A stretch of 63,295 nt of DNA, the filler included, from Rhabdomonas costata (lineage: Eukaryota), in assembly GCA_019059605.1 (NCBI GenBank). It is 42 parts of 42 records of this genome, joined end to end, with 100 filler letters (N's around TTAATTAATTAA, not from the genome) between each part and the next. Parts side by side here need not be neighbours in the genome. Positions count along the whole stretch, not along the records: positions 1 to 1,410 come from JAHMHO010016740.1; positions 1,511 to 2,920 come from JAHMHO010016741.1; positions 3,021 to 4,430 come from JAHMHO010016742.1; positions 4,531 to 5,939 come from JAHMHO010016743.1; positions 6,040 to 7,449 come from JAHMHO010016744.1; positions 7,550 to 8,959 come from JAHMHO010016745.1; positions 9,060 to 10,468 come from JAHMHO010016746.1; positions 10,569 to 11,978 come from JAHMHO010016747.1; 34 more parts are not named here. One strand, 5' to 3'. The position numbers and the translations under genes were made by a program. Under the pieces are notes generated by a model. That model did not search any database, was not told where the DNA came from, and saw nothing but the letters and a program-made list of their open reading frames with translations. Numbering within the stretch: the first letter of the stretch is position 1; each line of letters opens with the position of its first letter. Below, one piece after another: positions 1-12,569 of the stretch.

Positions 1-692
1 TCTACATTATTTATTGGTTTGCTGAAGGAGCCGGTATGGGTACGGCGAAGCCTAAGCAGGCCTGGGATCTTTTGTATATACACCAGACCTCCCGAAACGT
101 TGAGTGGCCGGTCCTTGGGGTCAGGAATTTCCCGACCTTTTCCCCTCGGCCGGTTGTAGTGCCCCTTGGCGCCTTTCGTTCCCCTTTTGCGCCGCTTCTT
201 GCCCCACGCAGCGGAGGGTACGACAGTACCCACAACGTACTTTACAAGGAACCGCCCACGCCCAAAGGGGCTCGGCAACTGGCTCTTGGCCGCCTGCAGC
301 CCACAAATTCGCTGCATCACTGTCACCCCATGTTCACGGGCGAGTCCACTCATCACGATGGAGTTGTTTTGCAAAAGGATCGTTCCAGCCGCTCTGTAGC
401 GGAGCTATGGTGCCTTTCGGTTGGGGGATGCTGTGACATTTGTGATAGTAAGCACCTTCAGAGTCCAGCGATTACAAGTTGAACGCCGCGAACGCTCGCA
501 CATCGAAACTGCAACACAACGGAATGAGGATCTGGTGAAGTGTTAGCTTCTAAATGTTTTTGTTGTTTGTTATGTGGTTCACCAACGTTCCTCAGGAGGC
601 TCCTTTGGAGCAGTCTCCGGAGTGGGCGGCGAATTCGGGGGCCTCCATCAGCTTGTCTTTGTGTGCGTGTGATGCTCGCGGTCAATCTCCAG

Positions 693-868
693 GGCTGACG
701 AGCATGGGGGAGGTCATGTCCGTGACATTCAACGAGCGCACCGTGTACTACCGCGAGCGCGCGGTGAGTACCTACTCCTCAGTGGTGTACGGGCTCGCCA
801 TCGTGCTGAGTGAGCTACCTTACCTCCTGATCGACAGCCTTGTGTTCTCGTTCATCTTCTACTGGGCG
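693..868 (+). CDS. Internal exon of ABCG/PDR-type ABC transporter (ABC2 membrane domain)
   Basis: AG/GT-bounded exon encoding ERTVYYRERAVSTYSSVVYGLAIVLSELPYLLIDSLVFSFIFYW, matching the ABCG ERxVFYRER...ELPY...YW motif. Confidence 0.9.
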
Positions 869-1960
869 GTCTGTCTGCCAACCCTGCCAACCCCGCTCGC
901 CGCATCTCTGTGCCGCATCCCACCGCTACCCCGCATATGGACAAATCCAGGCGTCATGCTGCTAATCCTACAAAAGAAATACAAGATAGAGAAAACAATC
1001 ACGCAGAATTCCGCGGCCGTGCGAGAAATGGGGTGCTGCATTCTGAAGAGGTTTATTGTATTAATTCTTTCTCGGACTTTGCCCAGTGAGTGAGACAGCC
1101 TTTGGGGCAGAGGCCAGTCCGCAGCGTCCGGAGCGGGAAACCCTGGGAGCTGGGACGCTCCATCGGATGGGCATACTCCGTTTTGCTTGCCAAGCGTCCC
1201 CACCCCCACTGAAAAAAGGCAAGAGGCCTCCGCTACGCGCGGGAACATGGGCAGCTTCCACATTATTGTGATATTCTACCTTGTTGTTTCAAAACGGGAG
1301 TTAGCGGTTGTCGATTGCTGCTCTTCTCTCATTGATGTCAACTGCCATTAGAAATGACAAAACTCGAAATAAAAAGGGGCTTGGGTGGACAATAATTTTG
1401 AAACAACAACNNNNNNNNNNNNNNNNNNNNNNNNNNNNNNNNNNNNNNNNNNNNTTAATTAATTAANNNNNNNNNNNNNNNNNNNNNNNNNNNNNNNNNN
1501 NNNNNNNNNNGTTTTGGTTGAAAAATGCAGAAGAAACTGTATGAAAATTTTGGATCCGGCTTTCCGGAGATAAAGATTCCAAAGAGTTTGGAACCAGCTG
1601 CCTGAAAAATGTACAAAAATGACGCATTTTTCGGAAACACTCCCGGGTGCAAATGTTTACATACTGCCACACTAAAAACCAGGCAGCACATCGGGCTCCT
1701 CCCGATTCTACAGCGCACCGCACACTTGACGTCGATCAATGTCTCTCTTCCATATCCGTTGTCACCACAGATGTTTTCCCATCCTTATTTCGGTATCTAA
1801 TGTCGCGTCATTCTCCTAAATGTGGAGAATTGTATTTTCCAAACGACCGCCCTGAGATTTCTCTTTCTGAAAAAGAAAACTCCATTATAAAATTGTAAAA
1901 AGACGGTACGACGAAATGCTAAACACTCTGTAAACATTCTGTAAACGCCTTGTTTCGCAG

Positions 1961-2065
1961 ATCCTCCTGGAGACCACCTCGCTGGACCCCAAGCAGCGCG
2001 AGTGCGCTCACAGCATCGGCTGCAGCGGCAACACCCTACTGTACCTGATCAACGACCTTCTGGAT
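1961..2065 (+). CDS. Exon of hybrid sensor histidine kinase (HisKA, second helix)
   Basis: cgcag|...|gtgtgt exon of 105 nt encoding ILLETTSLDPKQRECAHSIGCSGNTLLYLINDLLD, typical of the LLxxTxLxxxQR...SxxxLLxLINDLLD pattern. Not in the ORF track. Confidence 0.85.
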
Positions 2066-2479
2066 GTGTGTGCTTTTTGAGGACTCAAATTTGGGAGGGG
2101 AGCAATGCCTTAGGACACACAAGCGCATCACTCGATCGAGCGCCGCACGTCGCTGTGCGTTGAACCACTGGACCACTGGCACTGTCTTGCTGCTGTGCGG
2201 GGCCAACTTGACTTCTCCTAACTTGCAAACAGAGGGAAGGGCGCTTTATCGGGGGCTCACTTTTTTCTTTTATTTTTGAAAGCTTGCTTTGGCTCGTCGC
2301 ACCCCCTTAATCACTGCGAGCTCGTTGAAAACGAATTAACCATACCAAAAGCGGGCAAGGTGGAACCCGGGAACCCCGTCGAGTTAATCCCTTTGCATCG
2401 CTTCAACGTAAGCTCAGCCTCGACCCCGGGCTCCGGAAACCCGCGCTCAAGCTGGCGGCACACAGCTCTGAGGACGGCC

Positions 2480-2870
2480 ACCCCAATGCGATTCTGAAAT
2501 TTCCCAATGGCTTCGCCCTTCGAGCTACAATGCTTCAGATCCCTCTCTCATGCAGAAATGCAGAAGGGAGAGCCTTCACTCCCCAGGCGCCCACGGCTTT
2601 GACGAAAGGGTGGGAAGTCCAGCCCTTACCCTTGCAGATCTGCAGATCGGTCCGTTCTCGCGAAGCCTGCGGCGTTTTTCAGCCGTTTCGATTAAAGGGG
2701 CTCCGAGACGGAATCTTGCCCAAACGCCATGCGTGGGAGGACAAGATGCTGGCTTCGCCTTGGTCGTCCGCAGCCTCCAAGAGGGCTGCTGGATCTGCAA
2801 TTCCGTGCAGCAGTCAACTGTCTTCACCTCTCGCATTCGAAGAGGGGCCCCGCGTTGCCTGGTCAACTTT
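2480..2870 (+). mobile_element. Possible decayed tyrosine-recombinase remnant (DIRS/VIPER-like)
   Basis: Frameshifted pieces TPMRF(SE)I ... CRSVR ... FTSRIRRGA are ordered like the YR motifs RxSE, CPV and HSxRRGA. Weak. Confidence 0.25.
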
Positions 2871-3403
2871 CGCGCAAACCAGAGAAGACCACCACCTTAC
2901 TTTTTCCAGTCGGCTCTAATNNNNNNNNNNNNNNNNNNNNNNNNNNNNNNNNNNNNNNNNNNNNTTAATTAATTAANNNNNNNNNNNNNNNNNNNNNNNN
3001 NNNNNNNNNNNNNNNNNNNNCCCGCTGCCTTACCTGTGCACCCAGCTTCCCACCGCGGGCTGCACGCACCCTTCTCCACACAGCCCCTCCGCCCACGGCT
3101 TGGTCAGCCCCACAGCGGGGGAAGCTTCTCCGTCGGTGGCTCACGGTCCGTGGCGGGCAGCCACGGATCTACCAGCTGTGGTGCGGGGTACACCAGTATG
3201 CTGACGGCCTACGAGCTGCAGAAGAAGAGGGCCGCTGCCGCTGTTGCGGCGAAGAGGGCCACTCCCCCAAAGAGGCCCAGAGCTCCTGGAGGGGTGTCCG
3301 TAGGGACGGCTCCTGGGGCCTGGCAGCCCGAGTCCTTCGTGCAGAGGGTATACCGGAGCCTGCAGCTGGATCTATAGCACCGTGGAGAAAGAGGAGTAAG
3401 AGC

Positions 3404-3428
3404 GTGTGTGTGTGTGTGTGTGCGTGTG
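3404..3428. repeat. (GT)n microsatellite
   Basis: Direct reading. Confidence 0.9.
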
Positions 3429-4533
3429 GTGAGCAGGGATGGCTAGAGATTGAGGGGGTGGATGCGAAAGCACTTCGTGGGGGGATCGCTAACCCGCTTA
3501 ACTGCCGCCTGAAGTCGGCAGACTTCAACGGGGTGTGTTCCTCTTCGATGTGACAATGGGAATGGAAATGATTGCTGCCTTTTTCTCTGGAAATGGGTTT
3601 CTATCTCTGTCTATTCTGTCCCTTTCTTCCGTACTGCACGTGTTTGTTGTTTTCCTTTGGGTGTTTCGAGGGGTGGAGGACGGCTTTTTTCCTGAACGCG
3701 TTGCCTTCGACACGTTCCGCCTGCCATGCGCCGTACCCTTGCCCTCTGCCCCACCGCCGAAAAAGAAGCAGACTTTGCTCGTGTCCCGTCCTTTTTTGTA
3801 GCCTTCTCGGTTCTGTGCGTTCACGTGACTTTTTGCTCCATGTAATCTGTAGATGTGTGTCCCCCACCCCACTGCCCATCTTTTGCCTGCCGCCTGTCAA
3901 TAGAAACCTTTCGTTTCCCCGGCTTTGAACCAAAAAAGTCCCTGCCCACCATTTCCTTTCCTGTTGGCTCCACGGCAGCTGCGCACCTACCATTCGCGTT
4001 GCCTGTCCTCCTGTGCTGATGCGTCGGCACAGCTAAGTCTTCAGCCCTTTACACCGTCCTTGCTGTTCACTTGCATGGGACCTCTGCCTGTCAGCGTGTT
4101 TTTTGTCTCTGCAAGAGGGTCTCAAGTGCTCGGTGTGGGTATCGCAAATGAGTGGGCAAACCTGGATTCACGAATCCAGGTTTCCGAGGCTATCCCGCAC
4201 AACTCACGTTCAATTACATTCTCAATGCACATAAATCCAATAAATCCAATAGATCCGCCTTGACCGTGGGCAATGAAAGTATTTCGGAAGTCCACCTGGG
4301 GGTTGGGGGATTGGTTTCTTCCCCTTGCACGCCTGTTTCCTTGGAAGCGCGAAACCCTTTGCACTTTTGGGCTGCAAAGCCAAGCAGCCCGAGGATATCT
4401 TAGTTCTGCTATCTCCCCCACCCCCACCACNNNNNNNNNNNNNNNNNNNNNNNNNNNNNNNNNNNNNNNNNNNNTTAATTAATTAANNNNNNNNNNNNNN
4501 NNNNNNNNNNNNNNNNNNNNNNNNNNNNNNGTG

Positions 4534-4798
4534 TGGTGGTTTAAGATGACCACTGTGCTCCTTCCCAAGTCCCCTTCCCTCCTCCTCCAGCCGCCTCCAA
4601 CCCTCACATGCACACTCTCTCACGGCCAAAATTACTTCTTACTAGTTAGTGGTGGCCACAACAGCCAGAAAAAGTAGCTGTACCCCCCACACCATCACAC
4701 ACAGACAGACACGCATACACAAACAAGCCATACTCAACAAAAAAAAAAAGGGAAGAACACATCTCAGGAAGAAGCACAGTGGTCATCTTAAACCACCA
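4534..4798. repeat. 32-bp inverted repeat (4534-4565 and 4767-4798, one mismatch)
   Basis: TGGTGGTTTAAGATGACCACTGTGCTCCTTCC versus GGAAGAAGCACAGTGGTCATCTTAAACCACCA. Confidence 0.9.
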
Positions 4799-6769
4799 AT
4801 CCGATAATTCCCAGCCACGATGATCATGCAAGACTCTGAAGAGCTTGGTCTGGCAGCACACCCACCGCTCCTCCAACTTTCCGAAGCGTGTTTCGTGTTT
4901 CGGTGGCGGCCAACGGAAACCACGCCCTCTTCGGGGGTGGACACCTGACAAGGTGGCCCACCGGTAGCCCCTCCGAATATATTGCCAAACGGGCGGCACA
5001 GTGGTGGTACTGGTGCTGAGATGGCGAAGGAATCCGCGGCAGTAATCCCACAAAAAAGATCGCACTTCCACACCTTGGTGTGCTGCTGCCTCCGTTTTGA
5101 AGCAACCACGGCAAAAAAATGAGAGAGGCTGGGGGGCTCAGAAAAGTGGAGGTGGTGGTGGAAGCAAAAACCAGGGGGAGTTTCTTCCATGGAATGGACC
5201 CACTCCTCCTCTGTCCTCCCTTGCGGAGTGCCCCACCCCCCATCTCCTCTCCTCTTTCTCTCACTGACTCCCTGCGGTTCTTTTTTAGGGGGTCATCGAG
5301 TGAGTCTTCAGCTCGTGGAAGTTGGCACAGGGGATCCAAGTGGCCAACGTGTACATCTTCTTCTGAGAAAGCACGCGATAACACGGAGGGCGAAAGGCAT
5401 TTCAACAGTGAACCGTCCCACATTGACCGGTCTCACCTCCGGTCTGGCCCGGTGCCTGCCCGATTTCTGAACACAGACGGTGGCAGGTTCCAGGATCCAG
5501 GGTAGCAGCAATTAGAGGTACGGCTGTTGTGTGGCCTGTGGCCTGCTATTATGAGTGGAGTCGCGAACGAGCCGGACACTCAGCCTCAGGAGACTCTGGT
5601 TCACAAATCCTTATCTGTCTGTTAGAAATGTTTGGAACGGCACGGAAGGAGAGGTGCCGACGTTGGCGCTGCACAAAGAAAGATAAGGGATCACTGAGAT
5701 CGAGGCAACACCACTCCGGGAGCGATATATCCGGAAAAGCGACTACGCGTTTATCGCAGCATTCGAAGCCCTCCAAGCCCACCTGTGCTGCGTACTCTAC
5801 ACCGGTTAAACTGTAACAATAATTCTATGAATACCTTCGGGGACAAAGTGAGGTGGTTGGGGTTGGTGGACTTTTTCTTGCGAGACTAATTAAGGCGACC
5901 GTCTTCGCCAAACCGGTGCGCACGCTCCACCACCAACCCNNNNNNNNNNNNNNNNNNNNNNNNNNNNNNNNNNNNNNNNNNNNTTAATTAATTAANNNNN
6001 NNNNNNNNNNNNNNNNNNNNNNNNNNNNNNNNNNNNNNNGTGCTATTCTTTCAATGGAGCATCCACGTGCCGGGTCGTTGACCCCGACTTGATGAATTGT
6101 GCCTGAAGGAAAGGGTGAGCGGCGTATCGGCCCTTCTTCTGACTTCATTTTTGTCCGTCGGAAGTGAACAGATCTTTCCCCGACAAAGACAGGTGGACGT
6201 CCCTGTCGGGGCAGTTCAGTTGGTTGTGGAGCACTTCTTTGCAGACCATAACGGCCTTTCACAGTAGTAGCAGCGGCGAAACTGACCCTCACCAGACCCA
6301 TCCGTTGCAAAACGGGTAAGATTCCGGTGGGCAGCAAGATGGGAGGTTTGGGCCAAAGAAGAATGATGGGTTTTTCATTCATCCCCACACTCATCTGATC
6401 TCTGGCCTTTGTCTCCTTCAGGATGCTGAGGATAAAGTGCTGGACTGGCTTCAAGGTGTGCTGCTTGCATTTCCGCGGTGGGGGGGTGGGGACTCTTTTG
6501 AAATTGGACGGAGGTTATTATATTACCAGGGGTGAATTTGCACTGGTGAAACTTACAATAGAAAACTACGTATGCTGCGGCCTAGCCCAGAATCAAATTT
6601 ATCCAACGGCAAAGCTTTTTTTAGAATCTCAGGTGACACCAACAACCTAACCCTCTGCAGAGTCTTCTATTGAAATCTGCCTGCACTCTGGTTGGTCGCA
6701 GGATAAGCCAGCGCCTATTAAAGCCCCCCGTGCAACGTTCGAGCTTGGATTGTTTTCGGGTGTCCACAG

Positions 6770-7137
6770 GACAGGACAACCATGGTGCCATCCTTGACAA
6801 TAAGGAGGACGTGACGACGGACGGGCAGACTCAGGACTTGCAGGACTCTTTCGGTGCCCAGGTTGTGGGCCGCAGCGACGATGGCAGTGATAAAGGAGGG
6901 GCGGAGGAAGATGGGAACGTAGCCTCCTTGGAGCAAAAGGCGGAGGGGAAGACCAGAAAGGTCGTGAAGAAGAAGCCGAGGAGGCCGAAGGAGAGTCTCG
7001 AAGGGAAGCTGCAGAGCAAGGAGGAGCCGAAGAAGAGCAAAGCTGGAAAGATGTCGAAGAGGAAAGGACGCAAGAACCCCGCTCAAAACAACAAGCGAAA
7101 AAAGCCCATAACAGAGGGGGTGCTGAAGCAAATATGA
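6770..7137 (+). CDS. Probable terminal exon, acidic then lysine-rich tail, unknown protein
   Basis: ccacag acceptor; purine-rich open frame DNKEDV...KKKPRRPKE...KRKKPITEGVLKQI* ending in TGA. Confidence 0.55.
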
Positions 7138-8500
7138 GGAGTGACAAATGCTGCGATAGCCCCCTGTGTTTATTGCTGGAAAGGGGAAGGTTTGTTTCTT
7201 GGCTGATTGGATATTGGCGACGGATAATGGATTGAGCGGCGATGTATCAACTCGTTCATATCATCAGCTCGCTGCACCTGTTGTAAAGTAAGTGACGGTG
7301 AGGGTAATGATTGTACTTTTGCACAGAACCGTCTTTTGATATGTCCCCCGTGAATAAAATTGCCGTAAAAAGTCACCAGTTCGGTCGTTTAGCACTGCTA
7401 AACGCAGCATCGCCCCCCACCAAGGTCATACCACACTGACCACACACAANNNNNNNNNNNNNNNNNNNNNNNNNNNNNNNNNNNNNNNNNNNNTTAATTA
7501 ATTAANNNNNNNNNNNNNNNNNNNNNNNNNNNNNNNNNNNNNNNNNNNNGGTTTGGTGGGACCGAAAGGAACGTGTGAATGCTGTTGTTGAAATGCCGAG
7601 AACGTTGTTTTCAACGGTGTGTGTGTGGGGGGGGGTAAGATCTGTTGGATACAGCCCTGATGCGAGCTCGGGTCGGATTAGATCTGACTTCCTGCAGCTT
7701 GATGAGCCTTGGTCCATTCGCCCCATGTCTTTGGTTTCTGCTGACTGCTTGTTTGGGCTCAGGTGACCGAGTGCTTCTTCGACGGTGTCCTCCATCAGCT
7801 CACCGTGCAGAAGGGAGGAACCCCCTCAACGGCAGGCAGCCAGGTCCCTCCTTCTCCGCGCAGTGAATGAACACTCGAGGTCAACAGTATCGGAAGCTCA
7901 GCGTCTGCAGTCATTATAGAGGCTTTGCAAATCTGTCAACTCCATTCTCCTGCCCCTCAAGAGACCCCCTCCCCGGTTTGAGCTGTGGGCAGGAGGATTC
8001 CACCGTCCACCAACCAAAGACTTTCCCCTCCTTCCACCTTCTGTGGATTATCTGCGAATAAAATGCAGGCGATTGCACGATTTATCACCATACAGATCAA
8101 GTGCCTGCTATTGTGTGGTATGTGCATCCCAATTATTGAAGCCCACAGTTACTTTGTACCTCTGGTGTACCCAAAAAAACCAATCCCAAAAAGGTTGCGG
8201 TGCGCAACCTGCTGCTGCTCCCCCCATGCCCCCGGGAGCGGGGGCAGAGACTGGACGAGCTGGTTGCGCTGATTCTGCAGCTGCTGCAGGGCACGGAGCT
8301 GGCCCAGGAGGCCACCATGGAGACCCTGGTGCGAGCCCCACTCCCCGTCAAGTTCTTCCCCATACTCCATTCCCCGCATGATTTCTGACTTCCACTCCGT
8401 TTCCCATTGGTGCCACCATCTTTGCCTTCTGCGCGTGTGTCGTGCTGGTGGTACTAGTACCATGACCATGTTTTTCTTTCGAAACTTTGGTTTCCTTCAG

Positions 8501-8839
8501 GTTATGCTCCGGAAGCTGCCATCGTCAAAGAGACTTTAAAAATGGAAGTAGTAAGATTACGTTGCTGGTTGGCACCGCGATGCTTCACCTGCGTCGTTGA
8601 GGTGATGACGACCGCGCCGTCATTTCTCTATGCCAGTGGCAAACGTCTAACCCACAACCCGCACAGCAAAGTAGTTTTACTGCATCCTTGCTTCTACCCA
8701 CCTCCCTTCAATCCGTGCAGCTGGGAGACAATGAAGTGGAACTGCTTCCTGGCTTCAGAGTCCGTGCCAAGGCCTGCGTTCGGCTGCGAGGGCTGCCCTT
8801 CCGCACAAGCGCCAGCGACGTGCGCGACTTCTTTGAAGG
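8501..8839 (+). CDS. Exons of hnRNP F/H/ESRP/RBM12-like quasi-RRM RNA-binding protein
   Basis: Exons 8501-8550 and 8721-8839 splice in frame to ...EAAIVKETLKMEV|LGDNEVELLPGFRVRAKACVRLRGLPFRTSASDVRDFFEG; VRLRGLPF...DVRDFF is the qRRM start. Confidence 0.8.
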
Positions 8840-9816
8840 GTGTGTTCTCACAAGCCCACTCGCACACAACGCACGCTATTGCGGCTTTGTGCGCATATGG
8901 AAATGCAGATAGTAGACAACCCGACCTGCAAGCCCCACACCCCCACACACACCCAACACNNNNNNNNNNNNNNNNNNNNNNNNNNNNNNNNNNNNNNNNN
9001 NNNTTAATTAATTAANNNNNNNNNNNNNNNNNNNNNNNNNNNNNNNNNNNNNNNNNNNNGTTGTGTGTTTACGATCTTGGAAGGTGGTGGGGGAGGGGCG
9101 ACTCAATACGTACATTGTGGAAGTGGTTGTGCGTTCTTTTGTATTTTTTTCTTGCTGCTGTGATTGCGAGGCCTTCGTGTGGACGACATGACGTCAACTT
9201 TGGGAACGTTTAAAGTATCGATTGGATTTCTGGGAGTATCCTGTGTGGGTATTGGATGCAAGGAGCTCCGGGAGAGCAGAGGGGGCGGGGGTTGGTGGGC
9301 AATGCTTGGGAGCTTGCAGCGTTGCGGTGAGTCGGGGCTGGGCTGTGCTGCATGGGAGAATAGCAGAGTGCCCAGCCACCAACCCCCTGCCCCCCCATTT
9401 TCCCCGTTTCTTCTTTTCGCTTCTTTCTTTTTTGGTCACCCAGGTTCCGGTCCCCTTCCCTTCCTACGCTTTCCCCCCTCGCCTGGGTGGGCGGCTGGGA
9501 CATCACTGTTCCCTCCCCCTCTCCTTTCATTGTGGACCCCTCTGCTGAACCCTCTTTACTTCCATCTTCCCTTCCTCAAGACTGCGGCTGCTTCCGTCAC
9601 GTAACGTCAACAGGTCGCGAAAACCTGTGAGGCAGATATAGTATGGGTTCGGTCTGTGGTGCACGCAGCCGCACACAAGGATCGGAAATTAGAAGCCGAA
9701 ACACACAGTTTTTCCCAGCACAGCACCTGCCTGATCTCCAAGTGCGGTGGAGTGGGGTGAACTCACTGGGTCTCTCAGGGCACTCACCCAGCCTGCGTTC
9801 CATTGCCTGGCGTGGA

Positions 9817-9855
9817 ACGGCACGGCACGGCACGGCACGGCACGGCACGGCACGG
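9817..9855. repeat. (CACGG)n pentanucleotide repeat, about 8 units
   Basis: Direct reading. Confidence 0.95.
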
Positions 9856-10104
9856 CCGCAGTACCGCGACCCATCCAAAAATCTAAATGGATACCACGAG
9901 ATCGGAGGGAGGGGAAGGCGTGCGCTCATTCCCACTCCCCAAAGGTACCAAAAGGTCAGGCAACAGGGAACACCTGACATAAACACCAGAAGGGTACACG
10001 GCAAATTACAAAACAGTTCAAAATAGTCCAAAATATGTAGGATGATTGCTTTCGGAAGTTTCAAAAGTATGAGTCTAGTTGTTGCACGAGCCACGCCAAA
10101 ACAT

Positions 10105-10400
10105 TTACATCGCCCACTGTGATGTTTCTCGAGTTTCCATTCTTTGTATCTCAGTCAGCAATGTTTGCAGTTTCCAAGCGTGGGCATGTTTCGCTCCGCC
10201 ATAAGTAGCGGATGCCACAAGCTGTGAGTAAGGAACACTGTCCCTCAATGCTGCCCGTGATATACAGCGCAATCTGCACAACGAAAACTTATCTCCCGGA
10301 TGCGAGGACCGCTTGCCCGGATTCGCCACAATTGTTCCAGTGCCAGGAGTGTGGGTGCAGCCCCCGCTGAGATGGGAAGAATGATGCCGCTGAATTCTGC
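10105..10400 (-). mobile_element. Possible decayed LINE RT C-terminal remnant
   Basis: YSQLVASATYGGAKHAHAWKLQTLLTEIQR resembles the Y..LV....YG...W......L..IQR region of LINE ORF2. Weak. Confidence 0.25.
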
Positions 10401-11569
10401 TGGCGGTTTGTAGATCTCGGGTTTTGTTTTTGACCCCCTGTTCTCCCACCTTGCTAGTACCCACCACANNNNNNNNNNNNNNNNNNNNNNNNNNNNNNNN
10501 NNNNNNNNNNNNTTAATTAATTAANNNNNNNNNNNNNNNNNNNNNNNNNNNNNNNNNNNNNNNNNNNNGTGTTGGGTGTGGTTGGTGTGTTGGTGACCAT
10601 TTGAGGACATGGTCCAGCTCAGCAGCTCAGCAGCTCACTTTTTCAATTCGGTGTCCCTAAAAGCTGCCGCCGTGCGATTGGGCAGGTTCGTCTCCCGCAC
10701 AAAGTGACCCTAGCGCGCTGTGTGGACGCGGACTCCCCTCACAGGGCCGCACCACTCTGGTGACCAGCGTGCAAAACAACCAGATCCTGTGCATCAATTG
10801 CCTGATTTCGTCCTACTCCCTTTCAGTGCTCTACCTTGAGGGGGTGAAGGTTTCTGCCCCTCCCCTCCCCTCCCCCTGTCTTTTCCGGAGTTGCGGTGTC
10901 AGCATTCTGTTTTTCGCGGAGAGAGCTCGCATATTACAGTTGGTGCACACACACCACCTGCAGTGTCCTGGACGCCCAAGCTCGATGATTATGCCATTCC
11001 AGAGAGGAAGGGTACCGCATAAAGCACTGAGACGAAACCACAACAGTGGAAAGGATGGTGGGAAAGACGGACTGTGAAGGGCAGTCCCTCACATTCAGGT
11101 AAACCGCAGAGACAGTGCAAGTAAGGGACCTCTGAAATCGTCTTCTATGATGATTTCAAAACATTAAAAGAAGACTGATGAGATATGTGTGAAGGGTTAC
11201 CCCTACTTACAAATGCAACAGAGGACAGCACCCTGTCTTCGCAGTGATTATACCCGAATGTGGGATGCCCTGTGCCGTGGTTTTTTTTTGAACATGGGAC
11301 TTGTGCCCCATTTGCGCGCGCTCGGTTTCATTTAGTTTCACCCGCTCCAACCTCGCTGACTATGTTTGCTTTCATGTCTCTCCGTCTCCTTCCCACAAAC
11401 AGTTACGCCCTCCCCCCTCCCCCCTTTCTCAAATAGTGGGGTGTCCACCCTCTTCACGAAGCATACTTTCCTCCCAACACACCCGCTCTTCTGCAACGTT
11501 TTCGCGAAGGTATTCTTCTTTCACTTGCACTCGCAGTAACATAGTGCCTATCATCGTGACAGACCACTG

Positions 11570-11978
11570 CCACCCTCCGTTCCCGGGATCCGCTTGGGGA
11601 CCCTCTTACACCAGCAAGGGACTCGGGGCACAGCTCACATACTTTCGCGGCTGCAAGAATGGCCAAGCATCATAAAGAGGCCCAACTCATCAGGTCGGCG
11701 ACCGAAAAAGGACCATATACACACAGGTCGCAACCACTTACGGCAAGAGACGTTCAGAGTACATCAGCTTCGCATGAGCCAGCCGGCTCAAGTATGCGCT
11801 CAAATTACCCAGTATGTCACCGGCCCACTCACGGACGCACATACGCACGTAGTACGGGGATATGCAAATGACGGCCACGGGGATGCTCTTCACCGTGGGG
11901 CACCTCGCGGTCAGCCACGCCACGGCGCTGAAGGAGCTCAGCGCGGTGCGCCCGCTGCAGTCCGTCTTACACCAAAAA
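11570..11978 (+). mobile_element. Possible decayed DIRS-type RT/RNase H remnant
   Basis: LTDA followed in another frame by HATALKELSAVR resembles DIRS RNase H TDAS...HINxLELxAV. Weak. Confidence 0.25.
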
Positions 11979-12569
11979 NNNNNNNNNNNNNNNNNNNNNN
12001 NNNNNNNNNNNNNNNNNNNNNNTTAATTAATTAANNNNNNNNNNNNNNNNNNNNNNNNNNNNNNNNNNNNNNNNNNNNGTGTTGGAACCTTACTAAAGCC
12101 ACTACAGCCAGCCCATCACTACCCATTTTCGATGCTAGCAGAGGAGACTGTGATACAGTTGTTCAGCCCTCTCCTCCAATCTCCCCAATGCTCCCCAACT
12201 GTGGTTTCTCCTGCTACACTTCAATGTGCACCAGTCCTTACTGGAGCCTGCGATGCTGCACATCTGCCCGGAACATCATCGAAAAAGTACTGCCTCGAAT
12301 GAAAACACGGTGAACACTTCGGCGTCCACAAGAACCCTTCACTGACAATGACGGCCTTTGTTTTGCACCCTTACGGCTGTCGCCGAATCCCCCAGCTTTT
12401 CGAAAAATATAATCACTTTCAATTCCATGGAGCTGGTTGAAATCGCATTTTGGCCTTTCAAAGGCTCGCGAGGCAGGGCACATATGCCCTACATGCAGCA
12501 AATGCCTGAGAAGTGTTGTCATCAGCGGGTTGTATACATTTTCGATTTAAGGATGCACTCCGTGTTTTG

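Noticed and set aside
6040..6330. Gag zinc knuckle (CYYCERPLWSAKKC) on the minus strand
   Set aside because: His is missing and there is no clear protease motif; too weak to call.
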